The notes: generated by a model from the letters alone, not told the origin. Shown: positions 14,533 to 27,350, counted from the first letter of the stretch. The stretch: DNA of 64,000 nucleotides from Octopus bimaculoides (GCF_001194135.2 NC_068988.1:96852983-96916982), one strand, 5' to 3'. Program-made: numbers and translations.

Positions 14533-15718
14533 TTGGGAAAACAAATTTCCAAATCAATCAGGCGTAACCCTACAGCGTTATATGCATCTACATATCGTAC
14601 TTTTGGGTCTTATTTATCGCATAAGTCAGCGTCGAATCAGCGACACCAAAGAAACGGCGCCAAAATTTGAAACCACTGTTCTCAGCTCGATGTACTCTAA
14701 GGTCAACTTGCACTTCAAACTCCTGGGTTCGATAAAGCAAATAACAATTGATGATTAAGTTTATATAATACTCCCATCTTAAATATGTGACATGACTCTA
14801 AGACAGATTATTATTATCATTTCTATGATGGATGGTCGAAACGGTAGAGCTTGGACAATATGTCTTGCCGCATTTAATTCATTGCCTTTGCATTGTGTGT
14901 TCAAATCCTTTTGAAGTCAACGTCGTCTTCAATCTCTCCGGCTTCGCTAAAGTTTAGTTCCAGTCAAGTACTAGAATCGGTAATATCAAATATCTTCTTC
15001 TCCTCAAAGAGGCCCTGAACCTAAATTAGAAACGGTTATTGTTGGCGTTGTTGTTGTTATCGTCGCCGCTTTCTGGCATTCAGAACTATTGACTATTAAT
15101 GTTATTTCTTAAAAAGAATGATTCATGTATTTGCTTTGCCTCTCTTCTTCAGCGCTTGGGTTAAAGGTGCCCTCTCCCTCGAAGTTATCCTTGGTCTGAC
15201 GTGGGTCTTTGGATTCTTCTACATGAACGAAGCTACTCTCGTCGTTGCGTACATCTTCACCATTTTAAACAGTCTACAAGGATACTTCATATACTGCTTC
15301 CACTGTCTTGGCAATAAGCAGGTTGGTATCGAGACGAATGTTTTCTCGGATTCTTATATATATATATATATATATATNNNNNNNNNNNNNNNNNNNNNNN
15401 NNNNNNNNNNNNNNNNNNNNNNNNNNNNNNNNNNNNNNNNNNNNNNNNNNNNNNNNNNNNNNNNNNNNNNNNNNNNNNNNNNNNNNNNNNNNNNNNNNNN
15501 NNNNNNNNNNNNNNNNNNNNNNNNNNNNNNNNNNNNNNNNNNNNNNNNNNNNNNNNNNNTATATATATGTATGTATATATTCTTGCGAATATTATTGATA
15601 ATTTTATGAATTTATTAATAATATAAAAACACATATATATATATTTATTTGCTCAAAATAATAGAGCACTTAATATAAGTTCAGTTACATATTCTTTTAG
15701 AATATTCCTTATAAAAGT

Positions 15719-15752
<34 letters not shown>

Positions 15753-16077
15753 TATAGTTTAATTAGAGCTTGTTATTAACAGTAACTGACATTATACAGA
15801 AGGAAAATGTAGTGCTCGTTGTGAGCCATATATATATATATATGTATATATATAATATAATCATAATATAATATATATATTTATATAATACAATATAATA
15901 TAATATATATATTTACATCACCTTATATTTTTTCAGGTATGGAAAGAATACAAACGGTTTCTAAAGGTGAAAGAAAAGTCGACTTCTGGCACAAGTACCA
16001 AAACTGCTTCAGTTACGAGAAAACCGACAGATGCAGCAAACTACGAAATGGCGGCTCCGAACCACAACAAACAGTAA
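1451..16077 (+). CDS. Adhesion GPCR, latrophilin/Cirl-like (C-type lectin + Ser/Thr stalk + HRM + GAIN/GPS + 7TM); 5' part lies upstream of the window
   Basis: 17 GT-AG exons with matching phases: 1451-1578, 2449-2742, 3152-3252, 3905-4096, 5225-5408, 7048-7161, 8326-8513, 9147-9199, 9828-9948, 10693-10796, 11184-11286, 12187-12340, 12841-12907, 13363-13429, 14127-14215, 15153-15321, 15937-16077 (TAA). Motifs: [11 protein letters not shown]...DCVE...LNDESC...FICE; HRM FCPEQ...WPRT...CP...C...W...C; GPS CSFWN...WSQRGC...[13 protein letters not shown]; TM segments [32 protein letters not shown]...[27 protein letters not shown]. Confidence 0.93.
4140..4680 (-). mobile_element. Decayed RTE-type LINE 3' end in an aGPCR intron
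   Basis: Minus-strand translation ...[37 protein letters not shown] resembles the RTE ORF C-terminus (GRPRxRWxD...DRxxWR); frameshifted. Confidence 0.65.
5583..6030 (+). mobile_element. tRNA-derived SINE family A, two copies in tandem
   Basis: GGCGGCGAGCTGGCAGAATCGTTAG...GTTCTGAGTTCAAATTCCGCC (A/B-box-like), then GTCGACTTTGCCTTTCATCCTTTCGGGGTCGAT. The same sequence recurs many times in the window. Confidence 0.85.
7510..7730 (+). repeat. Dispersed repeat core, copy 1 (copy 2 at 51427-51647)
   Basis: 221 bp with 2 mismatches to 51427-51647; the first 179 bp are identical. Confidence 0.95.
8913..9011 (+). repeat. (GA)n microsatellite, representative of dozens of CA/TA/GA/AAT/GATA/GAGT tracts
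   Basis: Directly visible. Others include (AAT)n ~7855-7905, (GAGT)n ~9225-9285, (GATA)n ~14494-14530 and (TTATG)n ~63560-63590. Confidence 0.95.
11490..11710 (+). mobile_element. Interspersed repeat (SINE-like family D)
   Basis: CCCTGAGAACTACATTAAGGGCACGCGTGTCTCTGGAATACTCAGCC; a weaker related copy lies at ~48700-48790. Confidence 0.5.
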
Positions 16078-16665
16078 CATTTATCTTCGGGCGCTAGATT
16101 TTCTACACATGAACATATGCATATATGTGTATATAATTATATACATACAATTACATAAGCACACACAATTATATATATGCACATGTATATATATGTGTGC
16201 TATATAAACATTATGATATATAATTTATGCATATGTATATAATATATATATGTGTGTGTGGTTTTAATTTGGGAGTCATTTGAAGGCTCTCAAAGAACAC
16301 AGAATGGACAGACAGAAGTAATTTAAAACAACTCAAAGAAATATCCCATCTAAAACTGACAAAAATTTACCTTTTTCATTAAAAAAAAAATTTCTTTTCA
16401 TTTTTTTCATTTTTTTTTTTTAGTCTTTATTTTCATTTTTTTTTTTTCTGAGAATTGGATCGTACATATTGCAAAGAGATAGAAAGCTCTTTTGTTGCAG
16501 AAATTCAGAATCAAAATAAGCAAAGGAATGCTTGACAAGCAACAAAATACCCACAAAATATAATCATAATATTATTATTATATAATGATTTCTAACGAAA
16601 ATTGAAAGGAAAAAAAAAATATTCCAAACACATAAAAGTAATTTTTTAAAAGAAAAACTTTATTA

Positions 16666-17334
16666 NNNNNNNNNNNNNNNNNNNNNNNNNNNNNNNNNNN
16701 NNNNNNNNNNNNNNNNNNNNNNNNNNNNNNNNNNNNNNNNNNNNNNNNNNNNNNNNNNNNNNNNNNNNNNNNNNNNNNNNNNNNNNNNNNNNNNNNNNNN
16801 NNNNNNNNNNNNNNNNNNNNNNNNNNNNNNNNNNNNNNNNNNNNNNNNNNNNNNNNNNNNNNNNNNNNNNNNNNNNNNNNNNNNNNNNNNNNNNNNNNNN
16901 NNNNNNNNNNNNNNNNNNNNNNNNNNNNNNNNNNNNNNNNNNNNNNNNNNNNNNNNNNNNNNNNNNNNNNNNNNNNNNNNNNNNNNNNNNNNNNNNNNNN
17001 NNNNNNNNNNNNNNNNNNNNNNNNNNNNNNNNNNNNNNNNNNNNNNNNNNNNNNNNNNNNNNNNNNNNNNNNNNNNNNNNNNNNNNNNNNNNNNNNNNNN
17101 NNNNNNNNNNNNNNNNNNNNNNNNNNNNNNNNNNNNNNNNNNNNNNNNNNNNNNNNNNNNNNNNNNNNNNNNNNNNNNNNNNNNNNNNNNNNNNNNNNNN
17201 NNNNNNNNNNNNNNNNNNNNNNNNNNNNNNNNNNNNNNNNNNNNNNNNNNNNNNNNNNNNNNNNNNNNNNNNNNNNNNNNNNNNNNNNNNNNNNNNNNNN
17301 NNNNNNNNNNNNNNNNNNNNNNNNNNNNNNNNNN
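16666..17334. other. Assembly gap (largest); others at 2196-2205, 2835-3045, 15378-15559, 26994-27082 and 54143-54421
   Basis: Runs of N, mostly next to microsatellites. None interrupts a reconstructed exon chain. Confidence 0.99.
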
Positions 17335-17369
<35 letters not shown>

Positions 17370-18957
17370 GCTTATTAGCGCAAGCAAGCAATCGCGTTTG
17401 CTGTTACCACTATTATTATTATTATTGGTACTACTAGTACTACGTCTACTACCACTTACTCCTCCTACCGCCACCAGTATCATTACCGCCTCCACTGGAC
17501 ATTCACCTGCATCTTGTTACCTTTAATTTAGTCATTAGTTAGAGGATGGAACCTTGAAATTTATTCCAGGTTTGTTGAATTTAAAAGATTTTTTTTTTCA
17601 CTCCTGTTTTATGTTCTATGCTATTGCTTGGAAATATATATTAGCGTTTGCATGTTAAGATTCCAGGTTTGTTACCTAGGTGTGTGTGTGTGCGTGTCTG
17701 TGCGTGCATATGTGAACGAGGGCCGGCTTTAGGATGTTCAAAAAACCCAATTAGAACAACATCTGTTTGGACATTTTCTCCAAGTTTAACAAAGTACGAA
17801 GTCTGCTGATTGGATGGAAAAAAAAAGTTGCATGATCTAAGCTTTATTTTTAATTAATGAAATATGTAAATGGAATGATTCTAATGAATTGTGAGTGACG
17901 TTTACCTAAGTTTTGTTTTGTTTTAAACAACCAATGTTAATGTGTCGTAAGAAGACAATTGAAATATTTCAGGCAGGGCCAGTCTTCGGATATTTGTTAA
18001 ACCGATTTTTGCAAACGTTGTTCATAATTATTCTCCTCCAATTCCAGTGATCCATTTCGCAATGGTTTACCGTAGACATATTGGACTCAATTTGATTTCT
18101 ATTAAAGTCGGAGTCCCTCTATCTGAAGCAATCAACTGAACCCACCCTAAAGCCGGCTTTAGAATGTGTTTATTAGGCTATGGGCTTGTTTTGTTCGTTT
18201 ATCAGATCTTCCATGTAACCATGAATATCAATAAGCAGTTTTAAAACATTCGAATTACATTGTTTTGTTGTCTTTTACTTTTGTTTATTTTTTTCCATGT
18301 GTGTGGGAGTGAGAGGGCGAAATATTCTTTTCTCTTTCGTGGATGAAATTGAATAAACGTATAAATGAGTACAGGTACGAATGGCAAGGTGAATAAATAA
18401 ACGAATTTATAAGACAAAGATAAGAAATATCTACAGCTGTGGCTGGCGATAATAAAGCAAAAGGTAAGCTTCCGGCATGCTGCGACATCGATGCGGTTTC
18501 AGTTCTCGGTTGAAGTAAATTCACTTTCGTTAAACTGCCAGTATCGATAAGAAAATGCGAGGAACGAATCTTTTTTTTTCCTTCCTGTATGAAGGTTTGG
18601 TGCCTAACCAAGCAATGAACATGTAATGTCTATTTTCCAATTATTGACCTTTTATCGGAAGTATGCATCGACAGGATATCGATCCCTATTAATTTTACCC
18701 TCTGAATATCGGCTTCCGGTTACCAGGTGAACCATAAGATGCAACAACAATTTCCAATTCGAACTTTGAACCATGCAAAAGAATTTTACACATATAGAAG
18801 AGAGGCTTTTTGAGATTTTAAAAATTCCTCCAAAGATGATTCACCTCGTCGCTGTTCTGAGATCCTCATTTTATAGACGTTTATACCGGTGGTTGTATAT
18901 GTGTTTGTGTGTGCATATGCATATACACATACATACATGTATTTATATATATGTGTG

Positions 18958-19007
<50 letters not shown>

Positions 19008-19019
19008 CGTGCGGGCGTG

Positions 19020-19175
19020 TGTATACGACAGGTTTCTTTCAGTTTCCATCTACCAAATCCGGTCTCAAGGCTTTTGTAGATCCGAGGCTATAGTAGAAGA
19101 CACTTGTCCAGTGTCATGCAGTGGGACCGAACCTGGAACCAGGTGGTTGAGAAGCAAGCCTCTTACCACACAGCC
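19020..19175 (-). mobile_element. SINE family B 5' half
   Basis: Reverse complement of the family B head. Similar partial copies at ~28590-28740 (-), ~48350-48510 (-), ~60215-60310 (-) and ~8070-8270 (+, 3' half). Confidence 0.8.
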
Positions 19176-19869
19176 ACGTCTACGTTTAACCCGAAATACA
19201 TTTTGTTCACATTTTCAGACATGAAAGTTAGGAATTTTTGCTATTTCTTTTGTTCGTCGGGATGTATGCAAACTATTCAACAACGTTGCATCCTGTGCGA
19301 ATGGTGGTGGATTTCCGTCGTCGACGGCGAGGATTCAGTTATTCGGTCAAGTGAATTTCTTGCTCTTAAATCAACGTCTGATTGAATATTTAACAGACAT
19401 GTGTAGCCTGGGCGTAATTCTCAGGCACAAAGAGCAGAATAAGCGTGTAGCTAAGCACTTACAACATTCTGCCAGTCGGGTAATGCAACCAGGTGGAGTT
19501 TCCACGTTGGCTTTCGATGGTGGGGGATAAGAGTGACAACGTCCTTGGGGCAACTCCAGGCATTGACGAGAATCATTTGGGCGGCCTGTTCCGGAGGGCC
19601 ACAAGTGACTTCCAGAAACCCCTGGATTGGTATTCCTATCAGTCTGAAATGCATTCTACAGGAACAGAAAGCAATCGGTCCTGTACGAGATGCGCGCAAA
19701 GAGACGAAACTGTTCCGTTCGCTCTTATTTAGAGTCTGAGCGTTGTTAGCTTCTACAGTTACGTTTATTATCTAAAAGGAAAGAAGAAAAATAATAAAGC
19801 TCTCAGTTTTGGGATCAGACTATGCCTGAATGTGAGGGGTCTATGGCAGCTCTGCATTATTGAAAAGAT

Positions 19870-21175
19870 TTGAGTGAATTTAATTGACATTGAATATTTT
19901 CAGCATTATCTCGGGCGGCTGAAGAAAATGGTTGATAAAGGGGCTACATGCCAGAACCAGTATACTATGCCTTAATTAATCTACACTATACTAGAAACTG
20001 GTGCTTGATAGAACATTTCTCGAGAAGAAAAATCAATAACAGAATTTAAATCTTCCAAAGGTCGCTCGACGCTTTGGCAAGAATGTGCCACTGATGATAA
20101 GGACTTTCAAAGGAATATCCTAGTTTTAATTTACTTTGATTGAGTGTTTAAATAAGAAGGCATGGACGACGAAGTGTTGTTTCGAGCAGTGGTTCAAAAA
20201 CATTTTTCTTATCCCACTGAGAAAAGATACAGTTTCCACAAAGCATGGCTCTTTTTAGACAATGCACCAAGTCACCCAATGAACTTAAATGAACTTTCTG
20301 ATAATATGAGAGTAGAATACATCTCCAAAAATACAATTTGTATGCTCCAACCAATGGACCAAGTTGTGATACCTCACTTCAAGGCATATTATCTGAAAAG
20401 AGTGTAGTGGGAATATATAGTGAGTACAAGGAGTTGATGTGGCTGCGGGTATGCTATTACAAGAGTTCATAAAGAGATGAAGAATAAATTCAAGACCTAT
20501 ATATTTACTACATAAAATATATTTTATTTATTGGTCGATGATGATACATAGAATCAAAATGTAGAATCTAGTTGAATGAAGTAATCTATACAAGAAAGTT
20601 CAAAGATAAGAAATATAGAAATAACAGCTAAGTGGTGGTTTTCAGTCATGTAGCATAGAGAAATAGTCGGACATAGCAATGATGTGAATGGCTCTAAGTC
20701 TAATCGACTAAGAAGGGAAGAAAAGGGTTAGCAAGGTGTTTTTATCAATGGAACGCTAGACATTGTAGAGTCTTTCAAGTGAAACGCTAAGCTTCTTGAA
20801 TACTTAAGAATCAAGTCTCATGACACAGATGCTTCGAGAAACTTAAAAAGGGAGGTTACTCTACAATCTTTCTTGCAAGGGAGATCATTCAGCTATCTAG
20901 CTACCGCTACAAGAGCTTTCAAATAACTTGTAAAAACGATTGGTAAGGAGGATAAACTTATAGTTAGAGACCGGAAGAAATTAAACGTAGCGATGTTGTG
21001 GAGTCATGGGATCAAATGAAACCGTCGACTTTGAGTGATGCTTGGAACCAGACTGTATCTGTGACTTTGCAAGTCTACGTCAAGTTCGGAAAGATATGGT
21101 AACGTTTGCAAATGATGTAGGGGTTCGAAGAAGTCACAAAAGATGATGTGTTTGGGAAGCTGGTATCCTATAAAA
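19870..21175 (+). mobile_element. Decayed pogo/Tigger-type DDE transposase, split by an insertion at ~20500-20930
   Basis: WLFLDNAPSHP...SKNTICMLQPMDQVVIPHFKAYYLKR (20162-20407) matches DDE_1 motifs. It resumes as SWDQMKPSTLSDAWN near 21000-21050. Contains stops and frameshifts. Confidence 0.8.
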
Positions 21176-21186
21176 AATGTTTCCTT

Positions 21187-21995
21187 AACAAGGAGCTGAT
21201 GCTGTCAGAACAAAAACAGAGATTACAGATGAGAATGTAGAAATCTCACCAATTTCATCTACATTTACTCTCTTTCCATCACCTGAAGATGTAAGATTGA
21301 GAGTCAGTGTAGAGGGAAGGCCGCCGATGTGTGTCACATGTGGAGAGTTGGGCCACAGGGAGGCGTGGTGCGCCCAAAACAAACAACAAGCAGAACAGGT
21401 GGAGAGACAGGAGAGTGTGGACCAGGTCATGGTAGCAGAAAAAGAAAAAGAAACCGAGAATGGATTTACTATGGTTAAAAGGCAAAGAAGGAGGAGCGGA
21501 GGAATGAGTTCTCCGCCAGAGAAGCAGAAAAAGAAGAGAGAAGAGGTGAGAAAAGAAAAAAACTGTGAAGGAGGGCAGTAAGAAGGAAGAAAAAAGGGAA
21601 AGTAAAAAGAAAGTGAAGTTACCAGTAAAGATAGCGGTTGTTCCAGTGGAGAAGGATTCGGAAATACAAGTGCAGGAAGGAGAGTTGGAGAGATTATTTA
21701 GGATAGAGGAAGGAAAAGGAGAACAAAAAGTACAGGATGAAGGAAAGAAGATACGAGGAAAAATATTGGTGATAAAGTAGGGGAAAAAAAGAGCAATTGT
21801 AGATAGTGCATATAATGGTTCAAATGGTACTGCATGGGAGTGGGGCCCGTGTGGTCATTTTCATTTTTGTTTCATTATAATATAATTTCATCCCATTTAC
21901 ATTCGTTTTATGTTTTTTTTATCCCCACAGTGGTCTTGTCTGTCCTTGTGGTGTCCGCATCTGTGTTTAGTGCTTTAAGCCTAATAAAGAAATCT
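21187..21995 (+). mobile_element. Retroelement gag/ORF1-like fragment with CCHC zinc knuckle
   Basis: LRVSVEGRPPMCVTCGELGHREAWC fits C-X2-C-X4-H-X4-C. It is followed by a frameshifted K/E-rich region and AATAAA at ~21983. Confidence 0.7.
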
Positions 21996-22141
21996 GTATT
22001 TCGTCTGCCGTTACGTTCTGAGTTCAAATTCCGCCAAGGTCGAGTTTGCCTTTCATCCTTTCGGGGTCGATAAATTAAGTACCATTTACGCACTGGGGTC
22101 GATATAATCGACTTAATCCCTTGTGCCAAAATTTGAAACCA
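21996..22141 (+). mobile_element. SINE family A, 5'-truncated copy
   Basis: Matches the body of the 5583 copy. Confidence 0.8.
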
Positions 22142-22619
22142 CTATATCTACATATTACTATTTTATCAAATACGGCGAAGTGTACATCTCGCTTTCTTTC
22201 GCATGTCCGAAATAATTTTCAGCACTTGACAAAATACGGTAAGATAAGTCGTAAATTTTCTCAGTAATATGATATTAGCCATTCAGCAAATAATATTACT
22301 TTTATTCGTCACAAATATTTCACATCTCTGCAGACAGCTTTATAAAGGGAAATTACTCTTGTATGCTTATCATGCAATCTTCAAAACTAAACTATTCTGA
22401 AAGCTGAGTTGTATTGCAGAAAACACTGGTGACGATCTAAACTGTATTCCAGGAATATAGCCATAGTTTCTAAAATTCTAAATAAAAATGGATTTCGTTA
22501 TACTTGAGAAAGATGCAATATAAAAGAAAAGGAAAATGTTGTATATCAATTTTAGTATATTGAAGTGAGTTAGTTCCCTTGAACGAAATCGGAATATTTC
22601 TATATTTGAACATATTCTC

Positions 22620-22900
22620 TTAAATATTTTCTCACAAACAGAAAGAAAATATTTCTATACACAAGTTACAAGTCACCCAAGGCCTGGCCCCAAAATCATA
22701 CTTTCTCTACAGAAGTCGGGCTCAAATCACATAACAATGCGATACAATATTTTTGCCTCCAACCTCATTCAACATTATTCCGTAAGAAATCAAAGAAAAA
22801 CCATTCAAACGTTACTGGACAAATTCCTCAAAAAAAGACAAACCAACGACACCCAGGTACATCTTGGCAAACAACAACTCTCTACTTGTGTAGGGTATAA
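22620..22900 (+). mobile_element. LINE ORF2 C-terminal remnant
   Basis: Frameshifted FKTLLDKFL..KPTTPRYILANNNSLL-like peptide typical of LINE 3' ends. Confidence 0.5.
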
Positions 22901-23228
22901 TGTGCTAACATGATTTAAAAGACTACCTGGACCAAGAATAGCCAAATCTTACTCAAATTAACTCGTTTTAAGGAATAACGAAATGTGTTTAAAAGGAAGG
23001 CAGAGCGAAGTGCACAGCAAACACCTCCACTAAACGCCCGAGTTGTTGTCATGGATTCTAAACTCATATTTGTAAAATAAAAATAGCATATTATTCCATA
23101 GAAAATGCCTCGTTATTTTAACACAGAATGAACTCACATATTAGTATTAGTTGAATAACCATTAATTTATGTGAGATTCTGTGTTGATTATTGCTATATA
23201 TTCGCGCATCTGTGTGTGTTCTCACAGT

Positions 23229-23330
23229 TTATTAATAAAGCTGCAAAGACATCACAAAAACTGTTACTCAGAGTTTCACGTTTCCGTTCATTGGACAGTT
23301 TTGGTTGATTCTTTGCAGCTTTATTAATAA
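23229..23330. repeat. Inverted repeat: 21-bp perfect stem plus imperfect extension
   Basis: TTATTAATAAAGCTGCAAAGA...TCTTTGCAGCTTTATTAATAA. Confidence 0.85.
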
Positions 23331-24149
23331 AGCACATTACTCTACCTCCGGTATTCGAGTACTATTCTTTCCACCTTGTTTCACATTTATGTGCTTAGTC
23401 TGGTACACACATACAAACTAGCGACAATATTAGTATTGATAACAAAAGGCAATCTTATATTCGACCTAACACGCAGATGGTTTGTTAGAACGCCAGATAC
23501 TGTGGTATTCACCTTGAAAGGACCTTCCATATGTGTGCATGATGCATAAAAACACATAGTTATACACATGGCGGGCAAGAACCGTCTCTTACAGGCGCTG
23601 GAACTACCAGAGGACCTGATTATGAGATCTGGTCGTGTTTCTTCAGCGATATGGAGGCCTCAAGAGACAGAGAGGATGTTCTTGAAGCCGAGAATTTGAA
23701 CTTACGGAGACAATGTTTACATATCACCTGAAGAAACACAACTAGATCTCATAATGTAGGGAAACGGTTGCATGACATGTACCTGCATACCTGGAGAACT
23801 ACATTGTGCAGAAATAATTGTATTGTATCGATTGAAAATAAACGTCCAACCGTAATCCTTCTTGTTGACTCCAAATTTTTTCAATTATATATATATATAT
23901 ATATAAAGGCAAAATGTAATTACGATTTGAATTCCGTACCAACTCGGTGAGTGATTGTGACAGAAGCCATTCTTATCTCTAAAAACAACTAAGGAAGTTT
24001 AGCAAGTAACCTGATTGTGTATTTTACATTATAAATCACTGACTAACAGCACTGACATTTATAAATGCCCCTCTGTATCGAGAGATTAGCCCCTTTCAGA
24101 GGAAAATAACTCGACAATGAACACGGAACTGCAGAGATAATGCAAAACG

Positions 24150-24800
24150 ATTAAACCTTCAGAATCCGAAAGAGACTGAAGGCTCATCACTGCACTTGTT
24201 GGATAAATATTCTTTATTTGTAGATTAAGAAGGCAACCAATGGCTTCATGCAGTTAATTCCAATTTTCGAGTGTTCCGGTAAGTTATCCGAGAATCTACT
24301 GATACAAGATCTTTGTAGAATGTTCCTAACGCTTTTGTTATTGAAGGTTGTTGAGCTTATGTGAAAGGCAATTATGGCTGACATTAACTATAGTTCTATT
24401 AAAGATCTTGTAATATTTGAAACCATGGAAACTGGGTGTCTATAAGTTTTGGAAATCATCTTTATGACCACATTCATGGGCTGTGGAAGGTTATACCATA
24501 AAGTTTCCCTACTTCTAAGTGCTTCATTGGCCTAAGATTGGTTCCATGTTATATTGATCTTACAATATTATCTTTCTAATATGGCTACCTTTTTGAAGGT
24601 TGCTTCAATGGATGGGTTAGAAAAATGCTTGCTCATGCTTTTGACAAATTGTCTAATTATTGAAGATAGAGGTTACAGCTGTATCAATGTAAGCTTGTGG
24701 AAAGGTTTATATTAATATCTAGTAAATTAATACTAATTGGATAATTATCTATATCGTGGTCATTCTTATTATGTACTACTCCTAGACTGTCGTTCCTATA
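24150..24800 (-). mobile_element. Penelope-like element remnant
   Basis: Minus-strand RETLWYNP...FKYYKIFNRTIVNVSHNC resembles the PLE segment IWFNPP...HKIFNRNTVKVSYSC. Confidence 0.6.
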
Positions 24801-26000
24801 TTAAGATCTTTTTATTTCATTGTAGGAGGCAACCAGATCAGCTACCTCTGGTCCATCATGGCCTCCCATAATATCAGCTGGTGGTTTGTCTCCATTATTT
24901 TTCACCCAAAAGGAATCACAAAAAAGCTAGTCTTTATAATGACTATAAAAATACTGTCAGTGATAGATGCACACAGCATTTTAGAGATGAGATCAAAAAG
25001 AACAACATCTTTGTCTGATGTAGTATGGAGCCTTAAAGATTGGAATGTGGACAACCACCAGACTGGAGCATCATAGATGGCACTTGGACAGTTTGATGGA
25101 ATTCAATGCCAGTGTCTATTTGGCATGGCTTCTATTACTGGATGCCTTTCCTAATGCCAACCACTTTATAGTATGTCCTGGGTGCTTTTTTCATGCCACC
25201 AGTACTTGCGAAGTGACTGTGCAGCTGATAAGAAGTCAATAAAGTACCACTCAAGTACTGAGGTTGAAGGGCTCCACCAGTTTTAAAATGCCCAATACAC
25301 ATTCATTTTAGCATTCCTGTGATTCCATTAGAAACTCTGGCTTAAAGTGAAGCAATGTATTATGGACATTAAGCTGAACGTACAAGAGAAAAAGAGAAAA
25401 AAGAAATGAAGAAAATCCAAAACCAAGAATAAAAATCATTTACTTAGAAAAAATACAATATTTCTTATATACAATGCAAATATTTTATGAGATTATTTTC
25501 AGCAAGATTGTCACCTTTCAAGTCCTTGCTATACAAAGAAGTATGGAATGGAAAGGACTGAGTTAATAGAATGACGTCCACCATGCTCTGCAATACAACC
25601 CCATACCACATACCCAAGTGGCCAGTGGTCCCTTAACTCTGCAGCCATTGTCTATTTGCTGTGTTGCCTTTGTATACTGGGAAACACACATGGAAGACAG
25701 GACACATAACAGCTACTCATAAGGCAGTGGGCATGCCATACATACACAAAACACACAAACAGTCCACACACACGTGTGTTTGTCTATGTGCACAAACAGC
25801 TATATTGTCTCACACACACACAAAAAGAAACATCTGTTTCTTTCTTCTTTTTAGCAGAAGTAATATTAAGAAAGAGATGAGCCAAGGAAGTAGGAGATGA
25901 AATGTCCTCCCCCATTTTGCAGCTGGTGAATTCATAGAATGTACACCGACCCATAAAATGGCACAAGAAAATTTTGGTAAGAATATTTGTGATATTTATA

Positions 26001-26162
26001 GGCGCAGGAGTGGCTGTGTAGTAAGTAGCTTGCTTACCAGCCACATGGTTTCCGGGTTCAGTCCCACTGCATGGCACTTTGGGCCAGTGCCTTCCACTAT
26101 AGCCTCAGGCCGACCAAAGCCTTGTGAGTGGATTTGGTAGACGGAAACTGAAAGATGCCAGT

Positions 26163-26197
<35 letters not shown>

Positions 26198-26410
26198 GTA
26201 TATGTATATGTTTGTGTGTCTGTCTCCCAAACATCACTTGACAACTGATGCTGGTGTGTTTACGTCCCCATCACTTAGCAATTCAGCAAGAGAGACCGAT
26301 AGAATAAGTACTAGGCTTGCAAAGAATAAATCCTGGGGTTGATTTCTTTGACTAAAGGCAGTGCTGCAGCATGGCCGCAGTCAAATGACTGAAACAAAGG
26401 AAAGAAAAGA
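26001..26410 (+). mobile_element. tRNA-derived SINE family B, near full length, with internal CA/TA microsatellite
   Basis: GGCGCAGGAGTGGCTGTGTAGTAAG...GGTTCAGTCCCACTG...GGATTTGGTAGACGGAAACTGAAAG...GACTAAAGGCAGTGCTGCAGCATGGCCGCAGTC; recurs in the window. Confidence 0.85.
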
Positions 26411-26853
26411 TATGGGAAGAGAACTAATAAAGATCAGCAAAAATCTTCAGGGCTGAGATGCCCTGTACATGTCTATCTCGTTGTCTCACTATCATCATTA
26501 TATCTCTTTGACAGTGAACTCCTTAAAAGGAAATACTCAAAACCCTTTCAAATCCATCCGGACCAGGTAAAAGTTATACAGGTGATGTTTAAAGTCTGGA
26601 AATTCTTTAGTCATTGTTTTGTGTGGCTGTGTCAGAACATAAGGGATTAATTGATCCCAAGTTTGATAATGGAAAAAGGGACAGCATAAATAAATAAATG
26701 AAAATAACATAGGGGGCCACTTGGAAGGAGTTTTAGCAGGATTACAGGTCTGGGAACAAAAGCTTGATATGAGTGTAATGTGGTATTCTTTGCTGTTACA
26801 AATTGGTGATATGTGTATGAATATATATATATATATATATGGACATGTGCGCA

Positions 26854-26938
<85 letters not shown>

Positions 26939-27350
26939 ATAATCATCATCAATATATATATATACATATATATATAATCATCATCAATATATANNNNNNN
27001 NNNNNNNNNNNNNNNNNNNNNNNNNNNNNNNNNNNNNNNNNNNNNNNNNNNNNNNNNNNNNNNNNNNNNNNNNNNNNNNNNNGTCATTGTCTTTCCACTT
27101 AGAGACAACTGGTCAATTGAGAAGGGACAACAAACTCTCTTTCTTTGGTAAAGCAATGGTCCAAGTACTGAACAAGATACTTAAAAAGAACAGGTGGGGA
27201 GAGAGGGAATTTACTTGGTTCCTCAAGAAATGGTGAGAGACTGGTCATCCCTCAGGCAACTGTCAGGCAGTGCTCAGTTTTGAAGAGAGGAAATCTATTT
27301 GAATTCCTCAGACATTGGTCAGTTCAGAAGACAGGAAACCCATTGATTCT

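Noticed and set aside
26937-26993. Duplicated ATAATCATCATCAATATATA next to a gap
   Set aside because: Low-complexity sequence at a contig end; likely an assembly artefact.
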